Below, in pieces: positions 40,578 through 50,002 of a DNA stretch of 64,000 bases. The stretch comes from an uncultured Gemmatimonadales bacterium. GTDB lineage: Bacteria; Gemmatimonadota; Gemmatimonadetes; Gemmatimonadales; GWC2-71-9. The stretch lies in NCBI GenBank assembly GCA_963844035.1, contig CAWJMT010000036.1, positions 128,001 through 192,000 on the forward strand. The letters are read 5' to 3'. Numbering within the stretch: position 1 is the first letter of the stretch; the number at the start of each line of letters is the position of its first letter. The notes beneath the pieces are model-generated. The model ran no database searches. It saw only the letters and a list, made by a program, of their open reading frames with translations, and was not told the DNA's origin. A program made the translations under genes and the position numbers.

Positions 40578-41994
40578 CTACGGCGTCGGGATCGCGGTGC
40601 CGTGACAGACCGTGCACATCTGGGGATTCTTCTGCTTCAACCGCTCGGCGTCAAATCCCGGCCCGTGGGGGTTGAACCGGCGGCCCCCGTTGGCGGAGTG
40701 ACACGGGAGGCAGTCGCGCTCGACGTGGCAGGAGACGCAGGTCTCGAGGCTCTGCCGCGCGGCCTGGCCGTGGCCCCCAATGAAGTTGCTGTTGGCGTCA
40801 TGAAAGCCGCCCCGCAGTGTCCGCGAGCTCACCAAACCGGCCGTCGCGTGACAGGTCGTGCAGAAGCCCGCGGGATTGTGGCACTCGCTGCACGACGTCT
40901 CGCGCGCGTAGGCCGCCGCGGGGTGGCGGGCCAGGAATGCGGTCGGATGATATCCGGGCCCTGTCCCCGCATCCAGCCGGTGGCACTCGAGACAGTTGGA
41001 CTGCACGTGGCACCCGGCGCACGTGGCCGGGGTCCGGGCGGCCATCGCCCCGTGACCGCGCGCGAAATCCGGTCCGTGAAACACCGGACGGTGGCGCGCG
41101 ATGATCGCTCCGATCCCGCGCCCCGCGCCGCGGGTCGGGAGCGCCGCGGCGACGCGCGGCGTGCCCACGTGGCAGGTGAGGCAGCTCTCCCGTGCGTGGC
41201 AGCTCGAGCACTGAACCGGTGCACTGCGCGCCGTCGCGCCGTGGCGGTTGAGGAACGCCGGCTCGCGCGTGCGATGGGGGCGCTCTGAGGTGCACCACGA
41301 TTGCGGTCGAGCGTGGGTCACTCGGCAGCGCCTGGATCGCAGCGCGCTCCGGCGCGTCCACGTGGCAGGTGAGGCAGAACTCCCGCGCGTGACAGGTGGC
41401 GCAACTCGCCGCTACGGCGGCGTTCCTGCCACCGCTCTGCGCGGCCCTGGCGTGCCCGCCGCCGCCGACCCAACCCGCCTCCTGGTGCGAGGGCGGGGTG
41501 GGGAACCCGGCGATGTCTTCGCGCGTGAGCGCTTGCGCTTCCGCGAGGGGCAGGTGACAGACGGTGCATGCGGTGTCCGGCGCCGCGAGATGCGCCGTAC
41601 GCACGCCATGACAGTTGAGGCAGCGTCCAAAATTCACGCGCTGCACCGCCATCCACGTGCCGTCGTCCGAACCGTGACAGACCGTGCACCCCGGGGGCCC
41701 GGGTTGGCCTGCGCGCACCATTATCGGCACGAGGGCGTGATCGAACCGCAGATTCGTCCGTCGCGGTCCAGCCGGCGGACGCCAGTTCACCCGCGGCTTT
41801 ACCGTACCGTCATGACAGGTCGCGCACGCCGCGGGATCGGGATACAACGACCCCTCGCCGGTCGCCGGCTGCGCGTGACAGGCTGTGCAGGTGGGGAACA
41901 ACCGGCGGTGTTTCTCATGATCGAACCGCTGTGCCTGCGTCTGTTGCGCGGCCACTCCCCGCCCGGGGTGCACGCCCAAGGCGAGGGCTACCAT
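40578..41994 (-). CDS. Multiheme cytochrome c, 16 CxxCH, one frameshift near 41265; start approximate
   Basis: 7 CxxCH in the 40798..43233 ORF and 9 in the 40578..41321 ORF; signal-like N-terminus (VAA-QQ). Confidence 0.88.
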
Positions 41995-42014
41995 CAGGAC
42001 GTGCCGCAGTGCGG

Positions 42015-43529
42015 CTATGGGGAGGTCCCCGGCGAGCGCGGCATCTGCAGCACGGCGGGCGGGAGTCGGCTGAGATCCGCGCCGCTTGCCAACACAAACA
42101 CGACCCGAGCGCTCACGCGCACCTGGTCCCAGCTGAACGCCGCGGCGTCGGGGCGCTTCCGATCCTCGTCGTACCGGCTGGCATCCAGCTCGACCCGCAC
42201 TCGAGACGACGACCGATACTGGGCATACACGCCATACGTGCGGACCGACGATTCGTCGAAGCGCAGCTCCAGGGGGCGATCCAGCATGCCGCCGTGGGCG
42301 GCGACCGTGAAGAAGTCGGCCGGCGCGTACGCAACGCCCGCTTCGAAGCCGCGCGACGATGCTCCCGGGCCGAATTCGGAGTGGTAGCCGCCTTGCACCG
42401 TCCACTTCGGGGGCAGGGTGTAGACGGCGTTCCAGGAGAACCGCCACCCGTCGCTCTCGACGTTCACCGTCGGCGTCGCGGCTTCGGCGTTCGCGAACGA
42501 GTAGCGCTCGCCGCTGGCGCGGAGCGCGAGATGGCGGATCGGCGTGACAGCAAGCGAAGCGTCGAACGCCGTGTAGGGCACCGGCGCGAATGCTCCCCAG
42601 ATGGTCCACAAGTCGAAGTGCGGGCGATAGCGCCGCACCGCGGCGGAGGCGTTGACGCGGCCGTTCGGTGCCGCGTACGCGAGCGTCCCTTCCGCGCTGC
42701 CCCACCACCCTTGCGCCATGTCGTATTCGGCCCCGCCCGAGAGGGTCACGCCGCGATAGGGTCGTACGCCAGCGTCGACGCCGATTCGTTCCGCCACGAA
42801 GTAGTGGACGCTTGGGTCCACCTCGCGCTCGTAGGTGAGCCTGACGTCCCCGTGAGACGTGGTCCAGCCGGCACCGCCGCCGGCGACGACCATCCGCTCC
42901 GGCGGGCGGTACTCGTCGAGCGGGTTCAGCGCCGGGCTGGTGACGGGAAGCACCGAGCCGCGCCACAGCCCCCAACCTCCGTAGCCCGTGACATCGAGGC
43001 CGAGGCGGCGGTCGCGCAGGGTGAGCCGGCCGCCGTCGAATCCGGTGAGCCCGAACCGTGTCGCCACCGTCTGTCGGCCCAGCTGGACGGTCATGCGCTC
43101 CACCGCGTATTGCGCGTAGCTCTCGAGCAGCTGCGCCGATGGCTCTGTCCCGGGCCAGGGATCGGCGCCGCCGAACGAGCCGGCGAGCCGTGCGATCGCG
43201 TGAATCGAGAGGCCCGGTAACCCGAGACCCCACACCGTCAGGTCTGCATTACCGGTCACCGGACGTGCGTCCTGCTGCAGCCCCGGCCGGAAGAAGCTGC
43301 AATAGGGGCTCCCCGCAACGCAGTCCACGGCGAAGCCGTCCGGCGTGGTCGGCCCGCCCGACAGCCCGGTCACGGTGTCGCCGACCGGGATGCTGTCCAG
43401 CTGGACGCCGCGGTAGGCCACGGCCTGCGCGCGGGTGTCGACGCGCAACCGGTAGCCCTGCGCCAGCCCGGACCGGGGGAGGGCGATCGCGAGAATCAGC
43501 AGCGGCGCCGCGATTCGGCGGGGGATCAC
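42015..43529 (-). CDS. Putative outer-membrane beta-barrel (porin of a porin-cytochrome complex)
   Basis: Signal peptide (GLA-QG), ~500 aa heme-free, rich in alternating Y/W/F strands; sits between multiheme genes, with its start overlapping the upstream stop. Confidence 0.68.
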   Translation of the reverse strand: MIPRRIAAPLLILAIALPRSGLAQGYRLRVDTRAQAVAYRGVQLDSIPVGDTVTGLSGGPTTPDGFAVDCVAGSPYCSFFRPGLQQDARPVTGNADLTVWGLGLPGLSIHAIARLAGSFGGADPWPGTEPSAQLLESYAQYAVERMTVQLGRQTVATRFGLTGFDGGRLTLRDRRLGLDVTGYGGWGLWRGSVLPVTSPALNPLDEYRPPERMVVAGGGAGWTTSHGDVRLTYEREVDPSVHYFVAERIGVDAGVRPYRGVTLSGGAEYDMAQGWWGSAEGTLAYAAPNGRVNASAAVRRYRPHFDLWTIWGAFAPVPYTAFDASLAVTPIRHLALRASGERYSFANAEAATPTVNVESDGWRFSWNAVYTLPPKWTVQGGYHSEFGPGASSRGFEAGVAYAPADFFTVAAHGGMLDRPLELRFDESSVRTYGVYAQYRSSSRVRVELDASRYDEDRKRPDAAAFSWDQVRVSARVVFVLASGADLSRLPPAVLQMPRSPGTSP

Positions 43530-45458
43530 GAGCCGCCATCCTCCCGCAGGTGAGTCTGGAATGCTTCGGGGCTGCTCCCGAAATGGCACAGCGTGCATTC
43601 CTTGTCCCGGTAATGCTCCTGCCGCGCTGCGTGACATGTGAGGCACAAGCCCCGGTCGGGAACGAGCCGCGCGACGATCGCGGCATCGTGGCATGCGTCG
43701 CAGGCGGTGTGCGCTTCCGCAGGGGGTGCATGCGCCGCACGCACGGCTGTGGATCCGCCGTCGTTGTGACACACGGCGCACGGTTTCCCCGCCGCGTGGT
43801 GGTTGTCATGACACGCGGCGCACGTCGCGACCGCCGGCTGCGGCTCGAGGGTGGCGGGCGTGGTGTGACAGGTCACGCACTTCAGGGTGCGGTGCCGGTC
43901 GTGCTCGAAACGGGCAGGGTGGAGCCGCGGCTCGCTGCCGGCTACGGCGACGCGCACGGCAACCGAGTCAGGCCGCGTCACTTCGCTCGCGGCGTGGCAC
44001 TTCGCACAGTCGCTCGTTTGCGGCGCCTGGTGGTGGCAGATCTGGCACCCCCGGGGGGCTTCGAACGTGAGGCGGTTGCGCGCGCTCTGCGACGCGTGGC
44101 AGGTGATGCACGAGAATTTCTTGTGGAGGCCGTGCGGGAAGCTGTCGGCGGCCGCCTCACCGCCGCGCGGGTCGCCCCCCGCCGGCGGACCCCCAAAAAA
44201 AGGTCCGTGCCCAGAGTCCTCATCCGGGCTCCCCCGGGATGCAAGGCGCAGCGGGGGTGATGTGGTGAGGTGCGACACCCGCCGCAACGCCGCCGCGGTA
44301 TCGAACGGCAGCGGGGGATTCATCCCCTTCCCGCCGCGGCGTTGCTTGACTTCGGCGTGGCAGCTGGCGCAGTCGCTCGGATCGACTTTGGCGTGATGGG
44401 GCTCGTGACACAGCGTGCAGTTCTCGCCCACCCTGCGGTGGTTCGTGCCGACGTGAAAGGCGTCGGACCGCCAGTCGGCATGGCATTTGGCCGAGGTGCA
44501 GGTGCGCGCCGCTTCGGCCGGGCTCGCCTGCGTATGGGGATTGTGGCAATCACCGCAGGTGCCCCGGTGCGGGTCGCGCGCCGGGTCGAACTCGGCGAGC
44601 ACAGCCTGCATCTCGTGACACGAAAGGCACTGCTTCATGCTGGGGACGAGCGTACCGCGCGCAGAGTCGCGCGTCGCAAGCAGGGGGACTTCCGCCGTGA
44701 AGCGATGGCACACGACACAGTGCAGATCCGTCTGATCTCGCATCTTGGCCAGCGTTGATCTCCATGCGCGCATGGCATCCGGACTGGGCGCATGTCGCGT
44801 TCACCGGAACGAAGCGATGGACCTCCATGCCGTGACACGTGACGCACTGCACGTTCTTGAGCGCGCTGGAATCGGACTCGAGGTGGGTGCGGTGACCGGC
44901 CGTGGAGGCGATGCGCTGCCACTTCTCCTTCGCGTTGCCCTGGACGTGGCAGCTGCTGCACACGCTCGTCGCCACCTTGGCGTGCGTGCCGATCTCGGTC
45001 GGCCGGTCGGCGACCCATAGATAGAGCTGCCGCATGCTGGCGAACATCGATTGCTGATGGCAGTTGTGGCACTCGAGCGAGTCGTGTTTGGAGCCGGCGA
45101 ACCGCTGAAACGGCGCGTTCATCACGTGGCAGCCGGTGCAGAAGCCGTTGTTGTGATTCACGTAGTGCATGCTTACAGCGCCGCCGCCGGCAGCCGCGAG
45201 CACCACGACGCCCGCGCCTGCGGCGAGCCCGAGTTTGGTGCTGCGTGGCAGCGAGACGAGCCACAGGTAGATGGCGACGCGGGAGCGCCACAGCAGCGCC
45301 AGGACCGCCAGCGCGACCAGCACCCCGACGATGAATCCCGCGATTTGGAACCACTGAGGAAGATTGAAGAAGAACCGCAGCACGGCGGCGACGCCGCCGG
45401 GCAGCGGCGGCTGCCCGACGGCCACCTGCTGGGGTGTCACGCCTGACCCCTCTCCCAT
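43526..45458 (-). CDS. Membrane-anchored multiheme cytochrome c (18 CxxCH + 2 Cx4CH) with NapC/NrfH-like N-terminus; one frameshift near 44750
   Basis: Two N-terminal TM helices, then FCTGCHVM (CxxCHxM); motifs counted across two ORFs. Confidence 0.88.
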
Positions 45459-45485
45459 GGGAGGGGGCGCTCGAGCGACGGCAAA

Positions 45486-47081
45486 CTATCGGACGCTCAC
45501 CTTGAGCCCCGGCGGCGGCGTCGCACGGATTCGCAAGTCAAAGTTCGCCGGCGGCGTGAGGCCGTACGTCGTATGGATCGCCGCGATCGACGAGGTGAGC
45601 AGCGCCTCGAGCAGGAATGGATTGTGCACTCCGTTTCCCGACGCCGCGTGGGCGGTGAAGCCGTTGCCCAGCACCCGGCCGTTCAGGAAGTACGCGCGGT
45701 CGTCCGTCGCCGCGAGCGCGGCGTTGTACAGTGTGCCCTTGGCGACCGTCGTGGTCGTGCTGCGGAAGTTGATCGGGGCCGAATCCGCGGCCGTTGCTCC
45801 CGGCCGCATGGCCCGCGCGACGAGCTGCGGCACCAAGCCGCCGTCGGTTGAATCGATGATGGCGTTGGCGTTCAAGTCGGTCCAGATCTGATCGAGCTGG
45901 TTGTTCAGCGTGCCGATTTCGGACGTGTATGCCGACATCGCGGTCTGCGTGGACGAGTGGCATCCGGAACTGACGCAGCCGGAGAAATCGCGTTGCGCGG
46001 TTGCGCAGGTCCCGGGCACCGGTATGCCGTTCGCATCCTTGCAGGGGATCGCGTCGAACAGGTGACCGACGCTCTGGAACTGGAAGGCACCGGTGGCCGC
46101 GTCGGTGATCGTCGTCCGGACCACGTGGCAGGTCGCGCACAGCCGCTGGTTCTGGCCGGTGCCGTGGCTGCTCACGATGTTGTTCGTGTCGTAGGTGAAG
46201 CCCGGCGGAATCCAGCCCGCGTTCTGTCCGATCACCAGGAAGCCCTGCGCGCCGTGCGGTCCGCGCGCCGAGGAGGTCGCGCTCGCGGCGCTCCAGGGCG
46301 GGGTCGCGCTACGAGCATGGCACTTGATGCAGAGATTGTCGGTCGTCGGCGTGGAAACCGATGCCCGCAGCTGGTGCTCGTACGGCGACCCGTGCGGGTC
46401 GTGGCACACGGAGCACACGATGCGCTGATGGGTCGTGTCGCTCTTCTCGAGCGTAGTTGGCCTCGGTGTCCCCAAACCGTATCGCGATCGCGGCCTTCCC
46501 TTCGTGGCAGGGCGCGCAGGACGCGTTCGCGGCCGGCAGACGCGAATCCGGGGCCGGACCCGTGGGCGGACTGGACCCACTGATCCACGAACGGCTCGTG
46601 CGTTCCCGTGTGGCAGCCGCCGCATCCGTTCGCCAGCGCGGTATCGACGTGGATCGATGCCAGCGGCTGGTTCGTGGTGATGTCGGGGTTCTCCGCGTGA
46701 GTGAGCCCCGGCCCGTGGCAGCTCTCGCACTGCACATCGTGGTAGGCTGAATCGGGCACCACCGTGTAGCCGGCGGGCTTGCCGACGCGTGTTGCCCAGC
46801 TGCGAGACGGTGTGGCAGGCGTTGCAGGATGAATTCGCATGGCCGGAGGCCTGCAGGTCCATCCAGGCACTAGCGTGCTTCGTCGCGCCCCACGACGCCT
46901 GCACGCCGGAGTGGCAGTTGCCGCACGTCGTCTGCTTGGTGCTCACCGTGAAATAGCCGAGAAAGCCGGCCGCCGCGTCAGGCGGCGGATTGAACGGCGG
47001 CCTTTCGACGTAGGTGATCGTCTCCTCGGTACACGCGCCAAGCGCCAGCACCGCGAGGATCACTGCGGGACGCAGCCTCAT
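45486..47081 (-). CDS. Multiheme cytochrome c lipoprotein (8 CxxCH + 1 Cx4CH), internal frameshifts
   Basis: Lipobox LGAC; CGNCH, CNACH, CESCH, CGGCH, CAPCH, CSVCH, CIKCH, CATCH, CVSSGCH; C-terminal GVHNP. Confidence 0.87.
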   Translation of the reverse strand: MRLRPAVILAVLALGACTEETITYVERPPFNPPPDAAAGFLGYFTVSTKQTTCGNCHSGVQASWGATKHASAWMDLQASGHANSSCNACHTVSQLGNTRRQARRLHGGARFSLPRCAVRELPRAGAHSRGEPRHHHEPAAGIDPRRYRAGERMRRLPHGNARAVRGSVGPVRPRVRPRIRVCRPRTRPARPATKGRPRSRYGLGTPRPTTLEKSDTTHQRIVCSVCHDPHGSPYEHQLRASVSTPTTDNLCIKCHARSATPPWSAASATSSARGPHGAQGFLVIGQNAGWIPPGFTYDTNNIVSSHGTGQNQRLCATCHVVRTTITDAATGAFQFQSVGHLFDAIPCKDANGIPVPGTCATAQRDFSGCVSSGCHSSTQTAMSAYTSEIGTLNNQLDQIWTDLNANAIIDSTDGGLVPQLVARAMRPGATAADSAPINFRSTTTTVAKGTLYNAALAATDDRAYFLNGRVLGNGFTAHAASGNGVHNPFLLEALLTSSIAAIHTTYGLTPPANFDLRIRATPPPGLKVSVR

Positions 47082-47143
47082 GGATGTTGCTTCCTTTCTA
47101 CTCTATGGGCGTGCTGACGGCACTCGGGCGTTGGGAGCGGGCC

Positions 47144-47810
47144 CTAGTCCCCGCTCTTTCGAGCCGGTCGCGTTGCAGCACCAGTGCTCTTGAGGTACAT
47201 CAGAACGTCCTGCCCCTCTGTTGGCGTGAGCGGCTTGACCTTCATCCGCTCCATGTTCCGCTCCATGCGAGCGAAGACGGTCGGCCAATCTTCCTTCGAA
47301 TGCTGACGCATGTCGGGCAACGCGTGGCAGCGGCTGCAGACCTGTGCGTACGTCTCGCGCCCTTTCCCCGCCGGAAGTACTGAGCCGCTGATCTTGAGGG
47401 CGTTGCCGGTGAGGTACTTCAGGATTTCGTACCGCTCCGCCGCGCTCGTTACCTTCACCCCTAACGACTCGGGAAGTTCATCCATGCGGATCCACATGCG
47501 TCGCGTCACGCCTGGCCAATCGGTCGCGCTGTGGGCCGTCGGGGCCGGCAACGCGTGGCACTGCGCGCAATACGTCGCGAGGACCTGTGCTCCCCGGGAG
47601 TTCGGGCTCCGGGAGGTCGCCCGGCTGAACGCCGGCCGGCGGCAGTGCGATGCTGGCGGCTGCCAAGAGCAGTTGATCGCTGTGACTGAGGGGCGGCGCG
47701 ACGGTCTGCGTCGCCTGCTCAGTGGTCGGGGCCCGCGGGGCCTGCTGGCATGCCGCCACGATGACTACCGTGAGACCCATCAACAGTGCTCCGGCCGGAA
47801 TCCGTCGCAT
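47144..47810 (-). CDS. Diheme cytochrome c lipoprotein, one frameshift near 47600
   Basis: Lipobox VAAC; two repeats, CAQCHALP.P..HS..DWP and CSRCHALP....HS..DWP. Confidence 0.82.
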
Positions 47811-47999
47811 GAACTCCTCCGCTTCTTGGTTGGGTACCGGCGTGGGGAACGATCCCGTCCGGCGCGTGAAGGCTTTGGAAGGTCGGGTGAGGGTTCGGCA
47901 CGTGTCAACTCGCACCACTCGGTGCCTCTTGTGACGCCCTAGAATGCGACGAATCGGCGACCTTCGCCAGGGTCTCGGACCACGCCACGCGCGTGCGCA

Positions 48000-48626
48000 T
48001 CAGCGGCGCCGTAACAGGTGTTTCAACCGCAGCCGCTCCTCCCGCTCCCGCTCGTCGAGGACGCGCCGTACCCCCACCATGTCCGACCGCAGCTGGGGCG
48101 CGACGCGGCGTTCGAGGGTGTTGACCTGGCGTGATGTCTGCGACAGGGCTTCGCCCAGGCGGCGAATCAGCATTTCCCGCGGCGCCGCATCGAGCAGCAG
48201 CTCGATCAGACGCTCGAACTCAGTCGCCGCGCGTACGGCAGCCGGCCCGGTGGAGCCGGGGGCCGTGCCGCGCGCGCCGAGGGTGCGGGCGAGGGCCGGC
48301 CGGCGCACGATGGTCGAGACCGCGATTCCCCACACCGACCCCGGCTCCATCTCGAGCGGGATGTCGCGGGCCGGCCAGCCGAGCGGCCGCAACCCCGCCA
48401 GCCCATGACTCGCCAGCGCGCCCAGCAGGGCGGGATACGCCCGCTGTGTGGCCTGCTCGATCCCCGCGCGGGCGTCGGCGGCGGGACGGGCGAGCCGGAA
48501 CAGCTCGCTGACCAGCGCTTCGCGCTTGCGGCGCAGGAGATCGACTCCCTTCCCGACCTGCGCGAGGCGGCGCGCCGCCCGGATGAGGTTCATCCGGGTC
48601 GGAGCCATCCGGCCGGCGACGCTCAT
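48000..48626 (-). CDS. ntpD: V/A-type ATP synthase subunit D
   Basis: PTRMNL, G..LLRRKREAL, T.RQVNTLE, EREREE. Confidence 0.92.
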   Translation of the reverse strand: MSVAGRMAPTRMNLIRAARRLAQVGKGVDLLRRKREALVSELFRLARPAADARAGIEQATQRAYPALLGALASHGLAGLRPLGWPARDIPLEMEPGSVWGIAVSTIVRRPALARTLGARGTAPGSTGPAAVRAATEFERLIELLLDAAPREMLIRRLGEALSQTSRQVNTLERRVAPQLRSDMVGVRRVLDEREREERLRLKHLLRRR

Positions 48627-50002
48627 GTCGCATTCTCCCGGCGCGCAGCCCAGGTCGCGTCGGAGAGCGGATCAGGTCTTCGCGCGGCAGGGTCTCCAAC
48701 AGGCGCCAGCCGATGTCGATGGTTTCCTGGATGCGGCGGCGGGCAGTGCCCTGTCGCCACGAACTCGGTTTCGAACCGGTCCGCGAACGCGAGCGCGCGG
48801 CGGTCGCCGGGTGACAGGCCGGCCTCCCCCACGATCGCCGCCATCGTGCGTGCGTCGCGTCCCTGGGTGTAGGCCGCGTACAGCTGATCGGCCCACTCGC
48901 GATGCTCCGGAAGGGTCTTTCCTTTTCCAATGCCGGCGTTCATGAGCCGGGAGAGCGACGGCAGCACGTCGAGCGGCGGGAACACCCCGCGGCGGTGCAG
49001 CTCGCGCGACAGCACGAGCTGTCCTTCGGTGATGTAGCCCGTGAGGTCCGGAATGGGATGGGTGATGTCGTCGTCGGGCATCGTGATGATCGGGATCTGC
49101 GTGACCGACCCAGGCCGGCCGGCCACGATCCCGGCGCGCTCGTAGATGCTCGCGAGGTCGGTGTACATGTAGCCCGGGTAGCCGCGGCGGCCGGGGATTT
49201 CTTCGCGCGCCGTGGCGATTTCGCGCAGCGCCTCGCAGTAGTGGGTCATGTCGGCGATCACGACGAGCACGTGCATCCCCGCATCGAAGGCGAGGAACTC
49301 GGCCTGGGCGAGCGCGACGCGCGGCGCGAGCAGCCGCTCGATCGTGGGATCGCGGGTCTCGTTCAGGTACAGCACGCTGCGCTCGCGCGCGCCGCTGCGC
49401 TCGAACCGCTCGAGGAAGGCGTCGGTCTCGCGCGCCGTGATGCCGATCCCGACGAAGATCACCGCGAACGGCTCGTCGTGCGGCGCGCGCGCCCCCTCCA
49501 CGATCTGCGCCGCCAGGTCGAGTCCCGGAAGCCCGGGACCGGAGAATACCGGAAGCTTCTGACCCCGCACCAGCGTGTTCATCCCGTCAATCGCTGAGAG
49601 ACCGGTCTCGATGAAGTCGGACGGACGTGCCCGGCGCGCGGGGTTGAGCGGCGCGGCCCAGATGGGACGGAGCGCCTCGCCCACGGGCGCCGGCAACCCG
49701 TCGGCGGGCGCGCCCATCCCGTTGAACACCCGGCCGAGGAGCTCGCGACCGACGACGACCGAACCCACATCGCCCGTGAGTGTGACCTCGACCCCCGCCG
49801 GTGCGAGGCCAACCGTGTCCTCGAGCACCTGAATCACGGAGATGTCGCGGCCGGCGTCGATCACTTGGCCGCGCCGGGCGGGCTGGCCGGGTGCCTGGAT
49901 CGACACCCATTCGCCCAACGCAACGGTCGGCGTGCGCCGGACGTACAGCAGCGGTCCGGTCGCGCGTTCCGCGCCGTGGTAGCGCCGGGCGATGGAGATC
50001 AT
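48623..50002 (-). CDS. ntpB: V/A-type ATP synthase subunit B (compensating frameshifts near the C-terminus)
   Basis: RGQKLPVFSG, REEIPGRRGYPGYMYTDL, DDITHPIPDLTGYITEGQ. Confidence 0.95.
   Translation of the reverse strand: MISIARRYHGAERATGPLLYVRRTPTVALGEWVSIQAPGQPARRGQVIDAGRDISVIQVLEDTVGLAPAGVEVTLTGDVGSVVVGRELLGRVFNGMGAPADGLPAPVGEALRPIWAAPLNPARRARPSDFIETGLSAIDGMNTLVRGQKLPVFSGPGLPGLDLAAQIVEGARAPHDEPFAVIFVGIGITARETDAFLERFERSGARERSVLYLNETRDPTIERLLAPRVALAQAEFLAFDAGMHVLVVIADMTHYCEALREIATAREEIPGRRGYPGYMYTDLASIYERAGIVAGRPGSVTQIPIITMPDDDITHPIPDLTGYITEGQLVLSRELHRRGVFPPLDVLPSLSRLMNAGIGKGKTLPEHREWADQLYAAYTQGRDARTMAAIVGEAGLSPGDRRALAFADRFETEFVATGHCPPPHPGNHRHRLAPVGDPAARRPDPLSDATWAARRENAT

Noticed and set aside
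47911..47926. GGCACCGAGTGGTGC on the minus strand resembles the SpCas9 tracrRNA 3' hairpin or a sigma-54 site
   Set aside because: Short GC-rich match with no other scaffold or cas context; the GG-GC spacing is 11 rather than 10.
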